From Eledone cirrhosa (taxonomy: Eukaryota): DNA of 64,000 nt. Location: the NCBI GenBank assembly GCA_964016885.1, contig OZ024743.1:44392001-44456000 (forward strand), read 5' to 3'. The position numbers and the translations under genes were made by a program. The number at the start of each line of letters is the position of its first letter. Within the stretch, counting starts at the first letter, position 1. The notes beneath the pieces are model-generated. The model was not told the DNA's origin, made no database searches, and worked only from the letters and a program-made list of their open reading frames with translations. Shown piece by piece: positions 11,846 to 23,170 of this stretch.

Positions 11846-14800
11846 TCATCATCATCATCATCATCATCAACGTTTAACGTCCGTGTTCCACGCTTGCATG
11901 GGTTTGGACGGGGGTAGTCCCACTTGAGGCAAGAGTGATTGTCTTGCTCGCATAGGACTGTCTGGCAGGTTTTCTACAGTTGGATGCCCTTCCTAACACC
12001 AACCACATTTACAGTGTGGGTCTGGGAGGTTTTTACCGTGTTGCCTACACGGCCACATTACAGCGTGGACTGTGTGTTTTTTTGTCGTGACACCTACACG
12101 ATCTCATTTGTTTCGGCCTGGATGGCGCGGCACCAACATAACTTTACATAGAACGGGGTGGTGTGGATGGGGTGGGGGTGGCGGCGGGAGGGGTGTATTT
12201 TGTTAGAGATGCCTACTGGCAAGGCGGGTCTTCTCTGTTACTGAGTACCGCCAAAGGTCACGGTCCAGTGACATTGTCTTGGAGAGGTGTAAGTGTGTGA
12301 GGTCGGAGTTTATCAGCTCATCCCATGTTTTTCTAGGTCTGCCTATTCCGTGGCTACCGTCTATCTTTATTGCCCTGCACTTTGTAATACAGCTATCGAC
12401 TTTCATGCGCATCACGTGTCCATACCAACGCAGCCTTCTCTCGAGTAAACAACATCTGATCCCTCTTATCTCTAATTTTTTCCTTAGTTCGTTTATGCTT
12501 TGCCGTTCACGTATATTACTGTTACACATCCAGCGGAGCATGCAAGCTTCGTTCCTCTCTAGTCTGCGTATATCCTCTGCACACAATGCCCAGGTCTCAC
12601 TACCATGCAACATTGCTGTTCGTATGCAGGCATCGTACAACCTGCCTTTCATTTTTAGGGAGAACCCTTTAGCAGCTAATAGTGGTATAAGCTCTCTGAA
12701 CTTTTTCCAACCAGTTCTGACTCTAGCTACAGTACTTTCAGAGCACCCTCCCCCACTGCTGATTTTATCGCCCAGGTAACGGAAGCTGTCCACTATTTCT
12801 ATAAAACCCTCTGCGCAATTGAAAGAGCTAGTATTTTGTGGGCACTTGCTGCTACTTATTGCACCAGAACACCGGCCACATGTAAAGTCTATGTTCTTAG
12901 TTAGCTTACCTGTGATCCCACTACATCTTTTATGCACCCATACTTTGCATTTAGGACATAAGATGGAGTTTCTACCTACGCCTTTCCTACATACCGAGCA
13001 CGACCATTTCCCAGAAGGGACCGCCGCCTTGTTTTCTTTCCTACAAACTAGAACTTTGGTCTTAGCCAGGTTAATTTTAAGTCCTTTTGACTCTAGGCCG
13101 TGCTTCCATGTTTGGAATTTCTTCTCTAGCTCGGCCATTGATTCCGCTATGAGTGTCAGGTCGTCTGCGTATAGGAGTTCCCATGGGCAGCCTGTCTTGA
13201 ACTCCTCTGTTATAGCCTGAAGGGCAATAATAAATAGTAGGGGGCTGAGAACAGAGCCCTGATGGACGCCAACTTTTACGCTAAACTCTTCACTATATTC
13301 GTTGTTAATTCTAACCTTGCTGACTGTTTCTTTATACATGGCTTGTATAGCCCTCACAAGCCATTCGTCAACGCCTAGTTTTCTAAGAGCCCACCAGATA
13401 ATGGAGCGGGGGACTCTGTCGAAGGCTTTCTCCAGGTCGACAAAAGCTAAGTAGAGGGGTTTACCTTTAGCTAGGTACTTCTCCTGTAGTTGTCGTACTA
13501 TGAAAAGAGCGTCTGTGGTGCTTTTGCCTGACACAAACCCGAACTGCATTTCATCTAGATCAATTCTCTCTCTGATTAGTTGCGCTATTACTTTTTCCGT
13601 GACCTTCATGACCTGGTCGATTAATTTAATGCCTCTATAGTTACTCCTATCTAGGGCGTCTCCTTTACCCTTATAACAGTTAACGATGATGCTGCTATGC
13701 CAGTCCTTCGGAACAACCCCATTCTGTACGACTTGGTTAACTATGCGGGTGACCATGGTGTGTCCCACCGTGCCAGATGCCTTCAGCATCTCAGCAACTA
13801 TTTCCGAAGGCCCAGCCGCCTTACCAGTCTTCATATCCTTGATTGCCTTACTTATTATACTCCCCTCGACTAACACTGCTGGTCCCTCTATCGGGTCGAT
13901 ATGGGGGAGACTGTCTTTCTCCCATTTATTCTCCTCATTTAGTAGCCTTTCATAGTGACACTTCCAAGCTACCTTCTTATCAGTGTCGGTGATGGCAAGT
14001 ATGCCATCATCGTTAAGTACACACTTCTCCCCGACAATATCACGGTTTTCCTTGACGCATTGCCTGGCAATCCTGAACACCTCACGTTTTTGGTCATCGC
14101 GTTGTAGAACATGCTTGAACTTTCTTTCCTCAGCTTCCCTTCTTGCTAAGTACACTTCTCTCCTAGCTTCCCTCCTGGCCACTTGATAGTCTACTCTACT
14201 TCCCCCATCCCGCCATACTTTCCAAGCCTGCTTTTTGGCCTTAATTGACCCCTCCACCTTACTGTTCCACCACCATGTTACTCTCCTCCTGCCTACAGGC
14301 CTGCTCCAGCCACAGACTTCGTCTGTCGCCAACAGCAGGTTAGCTTTCAGAAATTTCCACTGTCCCTCTATATTGTCCGATTCTAGATGCTCTTCCTTAC
14401 TGTCGAAAGCATCAAGTAATATGCTTTGAAATTTATTTCTGGCTGTGGGGTCTTTTAGTTTCCATATTTTCCTCCTGAGGATAGTCCTCTTCTGCTGTCG
14501 GGTGCGTCTCGTCCTGACTATGAGGTCGCTAATTATCAGTCTATGTTGGGAGGTGCATTCTTCATGGGGGAGGGATTTAGTGTTTACAACAGACACTCTG
14601 TCACGTCTTCTGGTAAGGATATAATCTACCTGGCTTGTGTGTTCCCCGGATCTATAGGTAATCAGGTGATTGTCACGTTTTTTGAAGTTAGTGTTACAGA
14701 TAGTTAGGTTATTTGCATCACAGTATTCCAGAATTCTGGAGCCTTCCTCATTTCTAGTACCAAACCCATAGCCTCCATGGATTTCGTCATAGCCGTCACA

Positions 14801-15220
14801 ATGTTGTCCAACGTGACCATTTAGGTCGCCTGCAATAATTATATAGTCACTGTCAGATATTTGGGAGGTAGTTAGCAACAGTGTCTCATAGAATCTGTCT
14901 TTTATAGTGCCGGGCAGTCCGGATTGGGGTGCGTACGCAGATATTACTGTCACCGTAGTTCTATTGAGGACAAGTCGTATTTTAATTATTCTGTCGTTCA
15001 CTCTATTTACGTCTATTATCTTATCTGCCCACTTTTCTGCTACCATGATTCCTACTCCACCCAGCCCATCGTCGTTTCCCACCCAGAAAAGCTTATAACA
15101 TCGTTTTTTACCCTCAATGAATCTAGCAGACCCACCCCTCCACCTGGTCTCTTGAATACAACAAACATCGACCTCCTTACGTTCAAGCATTTCTACAACC
15201 TCGTTAGCGCGACCCTTGTA
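11846..15220 (-). mobile_element. RTE/RTE-X clade LINE, slightly 5'-truncated, (ATG)n tail
   Basis: (cat)n at 11846-11868, 3'UTR, long APE-RT ORF. Confidence 0.93.
12203..15217 (-). CDS. APE endonuclease-reverse transcriptase with PHD-like Cys/His finger after RT (5'-partial, ~1004 aa, uninterrupted)
   Basis: IQETRW, SAYAPQ, AGDLNGH, QVDYIL, SQHRL; QFGF, FVDLEKAFDRV, GVHQGSVLSP, LYADD; CSVC..CPKC..WVHKRC..CGRC; GRPRKTW. The N-terminal MSSAV..YIYI of the ORF track is flanking repeat sequence. Confidence 0.93.
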   Translation of the reverse strand, partial: KGRANEVVEMLERKEVDVCCIQETRWRGGSARFIEGKKRCYKLFWVGNDDGLGGVGIMVAEKWADKIIDVNRVNDRIIKIRLVLNRTTVTVISAYAPQSGLPGTIKDRFYETLLLTTSQISDSDYIIIAGDLNGHVGQHCDGYDEIHGGYGFGTRNEEGSRILEYCDANNLTICNTNFKKRDNHLITYRSGEHTSQVDYILTRRRDRVSVVNTKSLPHEECTSQHRLIISDLIVRTRRTRQQKRTILRRKIWKLKDPTARNKFQSILLDAFDSKEEHLESDNIEGQWKFLKANLLLATDEVCGWSRPVGRRRVTWWWNSKVEGSIKAKKQAWKVWRDGGSRVDYQVARREARREVYLARREAEERKFKHVLQRDDQKREVFRIARQCVKENRDIVGEKCVLNDDGILAITDTDKKVAWKCHYERLLNEENKWEKDSLPHIDPIEGPAVLVEGSIISKAIKDMKTGKAAGPSEIVAEMLKASGTVGHTMVTRIVNQVVQNGVVPKDWHSSIIVNCYKGKGDALDRSNYRGIKLIDQVMKVTEKVIAQLIRERIDLDEMQFGFVSGKSTTDALFIVRQLQEKYLAKGKPLYLAFVDLEKAFDRVPRSIIWWALRKLGVDEWLVRAIQAMYKETVSKVRINNEYSEEFSVKVGVHQGSVLSPLLFIIALQAITEEFKTGCPWELLYADDLTLIAESMAELEKKFQTWKHGLESKGLKINLAKTKVLVCRKENKAAVPSGKWSCSVCRKGVGRNSILCPKCKVWVHKRCSGITGKLTKNIDFTCGRCSGAISSSKCPQNTSSFNCAEGFIEIVDSFRYLGDKISSGGGCSESTVARVRTGWKKFRELIPLLAAKGFSLKMKGRLYDACIRTAMLHGSETWALCAEDIRRLERNEACMLRWMCNSNIRERQSINELRKKLEIRGIRCCLLERRLRWYGHVMRMKVDSCITKCRAIKIDGSHGIGRPRKTWDELINSDLTHLHLSKTMSLDRDLWRYSVTEKTRLASRHL

Positions 15221-15240
15221 TATATATATATATATATATA

Positions 15241-17301
15241 TAGGAAAAAGTATGACCCCGACGGCAGAGCTCAAGCCGTTTCGACGGCTATTTCTGGACT
15301 AAATTAGAATGTTTAGCCTGGTGAATAAATAGCCGAACTTGTCAAGGGGGTACTTCCTTATATGGTAAGATTTTAGTTGTCAAGAGGATTGGTTAAAATT
15401 TGTTGTAAACACAAATAAGTCTATCATGGTATTTGGTGGGAGCTGAACTTGCTGTAGAACAATAGGGGAGTGAGTGGAGCGGTCATGCGTTGAAAGTGAT
15501 ATGTTTACAGCAGATTCTAAGGATAGTGTATGAAGTGGAGGAGGGAGGTTATAGAATAGGTAAATCGAATGAGAGTAGGAGACAATAAAAGATAAGAGAA
15601 AGAAATAAAAAAATATATAAAATTAGATAGTGAGAAATGAATAAAAGAAATCACAATGCTATCTTACAATTTCAGGTAAATAAGTTGAGAATAGAACAAA
15701 CTTGTAGAAATTGAATAGTAACAAAACTGATACAAAATTAAGGGGGTTTAACACATCTGGTATAAGTAGTTAGTAAAACGTATTCGGCCGATTCTCTCTT
15801 AAAATTACAGGGGTGGAGGAAAGGGGTAGGCGAAAAGGGAAAAGCAGACTAGGAAGAAAATAGGGGGTGGCAGGAAGTGATAGGATGAGACAGGGGGAAG
15901 AAGATTATTTCTTTCATAGGGGTTGGGTTTTTTTGTTGTTTGAGGAGGGGATGTTTTGTGCGAAGTTAGGTGTGGTGCTGTAGGAGAGTTTGATGGTGTT
16001 TTTGTTGATTATGTTGTGGTAGCGGTGTTGTAGTGGGAAGTGGTTTTCGAGGAGTCTAACGAAGATTTTCCCGATAGGTGTTGCCACCTCGGCATTATGG
16101 GGAGGATTGAACCAAGTTACGTTGCGTGAGCGGTGGTCTCGCCTGCTGATTCCGCTAAGGGAATCTGGATAAAAGGATATTACCTCCCGGAAGCCACTCC
16201 GCTTGAGGACCTGGTCGTAATGAGGCGCGTGTTCGTCGAATATCTGCTCATTAGCGGACAAACGAGATATGCGGAGGGAGATGTTTTTAACCAGGTTATT
16301 GGTGATGTTTCTAGGATGGTTAGTGCGGCGGTGGATGTAGTGCACGTTGTCATTTGGTTTCCTGTATGGGTAGTACAGATCATTTTCCAGGTTAAGGGTA
16401 ACATCCAGGAAATTGACTCGGGTTAGGGACGTTTGTAGGGTGATTTTAAATCACCAGTCCCGGAAGAAGTTGATTAGTTGCTTACGGACCCGGTCTGTAC
16501 TACTGGGATTGTACCCTTTGAGGGAGAGTAGCCCATCATCCTGGTACAATCCACCGCCGAATGCAGGAAACATTTCGGTGAGTTTAAATAGTAGGAATAA
16601 TCCTATAAGATCTGTGACCTCAGCCGAATCCGTCGCGCCCATACTAACGTCGAAGGGGGAGTCGGGAGCTCTCTTTATCCACTTGGAGTTGTCGAAAAGT
16701 AGGACTGTCTTCCTGGCGTGGAGAATTATATTTCTTTCCTGGTCAGTGATGGGTGTGTGTGTTTCGGCAAAGTGCAAGGCGGCCGTAAGGAGCGGTAAGG
16801 TAATAGATGCATAGCAACTATCTATGTCAAACTGGATGAATTTCGTGTCTCGTTTGTCCTCCATATTCCTGAACCATGAGATTAATTCCTGGGTGCTGAC
16901 CCATAGGCTAAGTCTCACGTTTTGCGTAATTTTTGGTATAACTCGGTCTACGATCTTTTTACTGGGTTTATAAGCCTAATGGATGGTTTGAGATCGAAGT
17001 CGGATTTGTGGTCCTTCAGTGTTAAGTAGGGAGTCCGTGGGTCTAGGGATTCAGTGCGGTCGGCAAATTTTAACCCATCCGCTTGACAACTACAATCTTC
17101 CCATATAAGGAAATACCCCCTTGACAAGTTCGGCTATTTATTCACCAGTCTAACAATTCTAATTTAGTCCAGAAATAGCCGTCGAAACGGCTTGAGCTCT
17201 GCCTTCGGGATCATACTTTTCCTACTTCCCACTCTACTACCCTAAATATTAAGTACTCTGGTGCGATATGGTCCATCTGGTTCCTTACCACAATTCCTTT
17301 G

Positions 17302-17303
<2 letters not shown>
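15241..17303 (-). mobile_element. 5'-truncated PLE (RT remnant, no GIY-YIG visible) with inverted pLTR copy
   Basis: FIQFDIDSCYASI, FDVSMG, YQDD, YIHRRTNHP, WFNPP, IKLSYST; 15241-15388 inverted at 17078-17225. Confidence 0.88.
15254..15351 (-). ncRNA. Type I hammerhead with U3-A8 core (inverted copy 17115-17210 +)
   Basis: minus: accccc TTGACAA gttcggctattt..aaatagccgtc GAAA cggc-ttgagctct-gccg TC ggggt. Confidence 0.8.
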
Positions 17304-17395
<92 letters not shown>

Positions 17396-18086
17396 CTGTA
17401 TTTATATTAATTGATATTTATATTTATTTGTTTGTTATTTATATATATATATATATAGATAGATATATATATATATTATTTGTTTATATATATATTTCCC
17501 TTAAGTCAGTATTGTTTGTTTGGGTATGGTTGTTGTTATTCCATTCATTTTTTTACAGTCTACAACTAGCGGAGTTTAGCGTCACAAGAGACCACCGTTT
17601 CATTATTAGGGTAGCAAATTGATTATTAGGTAGCAAATTGGCAGAGACCTTAGAGTGTTTCTATCTGTTACAGGTTTTCTACACTCTCAGCTCAAATTCC
17701 ACAGAGAGCCATTTCGCGTTTCAATATTTCCATGATAATAAATATGTTCCAGTCTAATACTGCAGTCGATTCTTCTTCTATATCTCTCTATTACTTCCAT
17801 TGTCTTTCTATCTTCCTTCTCTGTCTTCCATTCTCTCCCCTCTCTCTCATTTTGAAGGACATTGGCTGTCCAGTAATTGAGAAATATGGGCTAAAATGGT
17901 TTAGATGCCGAATACACGCAGCATATTAGGAAGACACCACTCCGAATATAATAGAATGTATAACATTACTTCAGAAAGGATATTCAATTTTACCTTGAAT
18001 AATATTTAATTATTTAGATATACTTGAATCTAGATTGACATAGTTTTGGCACAATGTACATTTCATCATACCAAATGTATATATAC

Positions 18087-18154
<68 letters not shown>

Positions 18155-18161
<7 letters not shown>

Positions 18162-18312
18162 TAATAATAAATTTGAAGACTAAAATACAAAGAGGGCTCG
18201 ATAAGGATAAATATATATCAAATATATAAGAGCCGTAGAACAAATATTTATTAAAACAACAGATTAAAGTTTAAACAAAGAATCGCTGCTTTCACCCTTA
18301 ACAGGATCTTCG
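18155..18312 (-). repeat. 3' part of hammerhead repeat family (21625/22440/45150)
   Basis: near-identical to 45155-45307 and the reverse complement of 22523-22675. Confidence 0.8.
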
Positions 18313-18344
18313 CTGCTACAGAGGCCTGGCTGGAGCCCCAAACT

Positions 18345-18482
18345 TTCAAGTTCTTTTTACAGAGCTCTCAAAAACTGTAGGACGGCTTCAATAAGTGTGT
18401 GAATCTGAGATGGGAATGCGTTTAGTAAGTCCATAGTTCACTAATCCTCATATTTTTTTTTACCTAAATTACTGAATGAGGG
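18345..18482 (+). mobile_element. Decayed mariner 3' end
   Basis: FF..L.KL..GFNKCVNL..ECV* resembles the mariner transposase C-terminus. Confidence 0.45.
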
Positions 18483-19297
18483 TAAATGGACAAAATCAAG
18501 ACATTATTCCGCTTTCGCATTAAGATACTAAGTATACAAGAATTGAAACTCTTGTTTAACCTCACATTTACATCATGCGTATGCGATTCGTTTTATCAGT
18601 TTGTCTTTATTCTGAGTAAATGGTCGGATTTAGGCCTACGCAGAATTAATTGCGGTTCGCTCTCAGCTTTCCGACATTCTCGTCTGCAGACCTCCCTGTT
18701 GCCAAGCTGTATCCAACTTTGCCTTTCATTTAGAGAATATCCTTGGCATGGAAAAAGACGATTGGGCTTCCATAAAAATATCGAGCTCATGCCTGATCCT
18801 TCAAAAGGTAATTTCCAGGTGAAGATTCTTGGTCTAACGAGAACATAGAAGTCCATAAATCATATTTGTTTCATACAAATATGTCACAAGATATTTCAAT
18901 ATATCCCATAATTTGTTTCAAATCTAATGAGGAACTTTTCCGTCTGGATGGACGACATCTATATAATAAAACAAAACCACACGAACATTAGCTTGTAATT
19001 TCCTTCTTCTATAAATACAAACCTCCATACTTATTATATAGAGTCGCATGACTTTAACTCACTACTTTACTGAATGTTTCTGGGCGGACACGTTATAAGC
19101 GAAATACAATCGCATTTTTATTCTGAAAAGTTAGATGGAAGAACTCCTAGTTATTATTGTACTTCTAAAACAGAATTAATATAAGTCGCTGACAATTGGG
19201 GAAATTATATGAATACTATTAGTGAGATTGGTGAGTGTCTTTAAATACATCAGTTTCATCCCAAATCTATATTTTGAAAACTTCCTGAGTGCGTGCG

Positions 19298-19468
<171 letters not shown>

Positions 19469-19497
19469 ATCTCTCTATCTATCTCTCTCTATCGCTT

Positions 19498-19535
<38 letters not shown>

Positions 19536-19538
19536 TAT

Positions 19539-19594
<56 letters not shown>

Positions 19595-20475
19595 AGTTCT
19601 CTTTATACCTCTGTTCAGCAAAATTGCATAGTAATCTCTTTTAGAATGTTATGAATTGTTTATGAATGTTTTCATTATCTTCTAAATTATAAACTAATCT
19701 TTTCATTATTGTCTGAAAACTCAGATATTATTTGTCTTCTTTCGTTTCCCCCGAAAGACAAACGCTGGACTAAATAAAGTCACTATTACGACGCCATTTA
19801 TTTGTCCACTGATCAAAGATGAAACAAGTTAAACCAAATGTTGCTTTAAACCGCTTCTATACAAAATGGTCACGTTATATTTTCTATTGTTTCGAAACAC
19901 AAAACCACATATATGTGTTCAGTTACATTATTCGTTAAGGAACAATGCTTACATTTTTATTTCTATTCTATCTATTTTTTACATTTAATATTATTTATTT
20001 TTGTCTCGTGTCCCATTCTGAGTACTTTCCTCGAAATAAGGTTCAACAATTGAGAAGAAAGCCTCCACATATTTTCTATTGTTTCATAACATTGAAGGGC
20101 CGGGAGGTGTTCAATAACATTGTTCGATTAGAAAAGATGAGGTTATTCTATGTTATTTTATTCATTCTATCTATTTTCTTTATTTATTTTCCATTTTGTC
20201 TATTATATTGTAAGTAAAAAGGGTCAAGAACTGATAAGAAAGCTACTGTTAGTTACTTCCTTCTTTTGATTCCTGTATAAAGGAGGAAATAAGTAGTAAA
20301 TTGCTTATATTATAAGAAACGTCTGAGAACCTACTATTACAGTTTTCTGGAAAGGTAAAGATAAATATAAATGAATAAAAATAAATAAAGGAAGCTTAAG
20401 AGCAACTAGAAAATTGGAAAAGGTCAGAAAATATTTATGGAAAGGTATCAGAGAGGTGAAACACACATATGAGCT

Positions 20476-20554
<79 letters not shown>

Positions 20555-20626
20555 GTATTTAATATACACACATATGTATTTAATATAGAAATGGCTTCTG
20601 AAACCTCGATAAACATTTATATGTAT

Positions 20627-20716
<90 letters not shown>

Positions 20717-20717
<1 letters not shown>

Positions 20718-21486
20718 CGGCGATGAATTAGTTTAGCGAGGTTTTTTATATGAAATCGTGTGTCGAAACAGATATTGTTATACTTGGGGAGGGTCATATT
20801 TGCGTAATATTGCCAGAATTAATAACAGAACACACTCACTGTTTGGTTGGTTGTCGCTTCTCGCTGTCTTTTATATCTGCGATCTAGCTTACTCGGTCCT
20901 CAATGTTGCCAATGTTGCCGGTCAAAAATAATACAGATACAATATAGACACAAACACATATATATAGTTTACATAATTTACATAAATCTTTCGTTGCACA
21001 TCTGCAACATCGTCAGTGGTGTTATATTTTTTCCTCCTGTTGTGTTGTATGTCTACGCCATTTTTTATTCAGTCTGTCTATAAATTTATTTATTTATTTG
21101 CTTGTTTGTTTATTTTATTTTGTCTTCTCTGCGCATGCGTTTGCGTGTGTGTATAGTGTTATGTGTGCTATGTGACTAGTGTGTATAGTGTTGTGTCTGC
21201 TGGGTGACTAGTGTGTGTTTATGTGCTTGTTGTTATTGTGCTTGTGTATGTATTTATTTATCTTATTTTATTTTATTTTATTTATTTACTTATTTATACT
21301 TCTCTTAGGTCAGTGTTGTTTGTTTGGGTGTTGTTGTTGTTCCAATGGCAACATTGAGGACCGAGTAAGTTAGATCGCAGATATAAAAGACAGCGAGAAG
21401 CGAAAACCAACCAAACAGTGAGTGTGTTCTGTTATTAATTCTGGCAATATTACGCAAATATGACCCTCCCCAAGTATAACAATATA
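20717..21486. repeat. Fold-back element, ~140-bp inverted arms, between (TA)n tracts
   Basis: 20772-20911 is the reverse complement of 21346-21485. Confidence 0.85.
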
Positions 21487-21540
21487 TATATATATATATA
21501 TTTATTAAAATAACAGATTAAAGTTTAAGCAAAGAATCGC

Positions 21541-21624
<84 letters not shown>

Positions 21625-21629
<5 letters not shown>

Positions 21630-22680
21630 TAAAATAACAGATTAAAGTTTAAGCAAAGAATCGCTGCTTTCACCCTTAACGGGATCTTCTGAAACTAACA
21701 AAATCAATCTGTAAACGCAGAACTGGATATTTCAAAAAACGTTGCAACCGGAGGAAGACAGGAAGACGATACTAGCTATGTGTATACGGGAGTTTTGCGT
21801 CTGCGTGAGTTTGCAGGTTCGTACGTATGGTGGGTGTGTGTATATGTGTACTTCTTGTTTTAGTTGACTTACGTCTCCGAACATTCGTGTATTTATTTGT
21901 AGTTATGTGTGTGCGCTTGTTATATACGTATTTATTTACTTATATACGTTTATATAATTATTTATTTATTTGTACACAAGCATACACACACACACATATT
22001 TATATGTGCGTGGTTTTGTATACCTATGGTAAAGTTTTGCGTATGCTTGTGTATGTACGTATCTGTTTGCGTGTATGTTTTTATTTGTTTCTATTACTTC
22101 TGTATTGTATTTATTTACTTTGTTCTTAACTCTGTAGCGGAGATTCATTTGGTCTCCTAGTTAGAATTTTAGTCTACAACTTCTGCTATACCATTTACGT
22201 GGTTTTGTCTTTGCGTGCTATTGTTCTACACGCTCCACATATGACTTATTATCTTCGTTTTTTCGTTCATTGCCAGAGAACGTCTCTATGCACCACCTAA
22301 GAGAACATTAGTCTACGACCTCTTTTATACCATAAACGTGGTTCTGTCTTTGCGCGTAATTGTTTTTCACCGTTCCTATTAAGGACGTATTATTCGTTTT
22401 TTCCCGTTCTTTGCCAGCGAACGTTTCCACGAACCAAAGTATCGTCTTCCTGTCTTCCTCCGGTTGCAACTTTTTTTTGAAACATCCAGTTCTGCGTTTA
22501 CAGATTGACTTTGTTAGTTTCAGAAGATCCCGTTAAGGGTGAAAGCAGCGATTCTTTGCTTAAACTTTAATCTGTTATTTTATTAAATATTTGCTCTTCG
22601 GTTCTTATATATTTGATATATATTTTCCTATCGAGCCCTCTTTCGATTTTAGTCTTCAATTTTATTATTATTACTATATA
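21625..22680. repeat. Fold-back hammerhead element with inverted arms and internal duplication
   Basis: 21625-21772 is the reverse complement of 22438-22590; 22190-22310 duplicated at 22335-22435. Confidence 0.85.
22516..22566 (+). ncRNA. Hammerhead-like motif with CAGAAGA core (copies 21646-21696 -, 45264-45314 -)
   Basis: agttt CAGAAGA tccc-gtta-agggt GAAA gca..tgc TT aaact. Confidence 0.6.
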
Positions 22681-22704
22681 TATATAGTTATATATATATA
22701 TATA

Positions 22705-22932
<228 letters not shown>

Positions 22933-22955
22933 TACATATACGTATATACATATAT

Positions 22956-23096
<141 letters not shown>

Positions 23097-23123
23097 TGTG
23101 TTGTTATTTCCGTTTACCTTTTG

Positions 23124-23164
<41 letters not shown>

Positions 23165-23170
<6 letters not shown>

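Noticed and set aside
12279-15098. Plus-strand ORFs within the RTE
   Set aside because: Antisense shadows of the RT ORF
18486-18856. Overlapping 120/86-aa ORFs in a GC-richer patch
   Set aside because: No recognisable domain and no supportable splice structure
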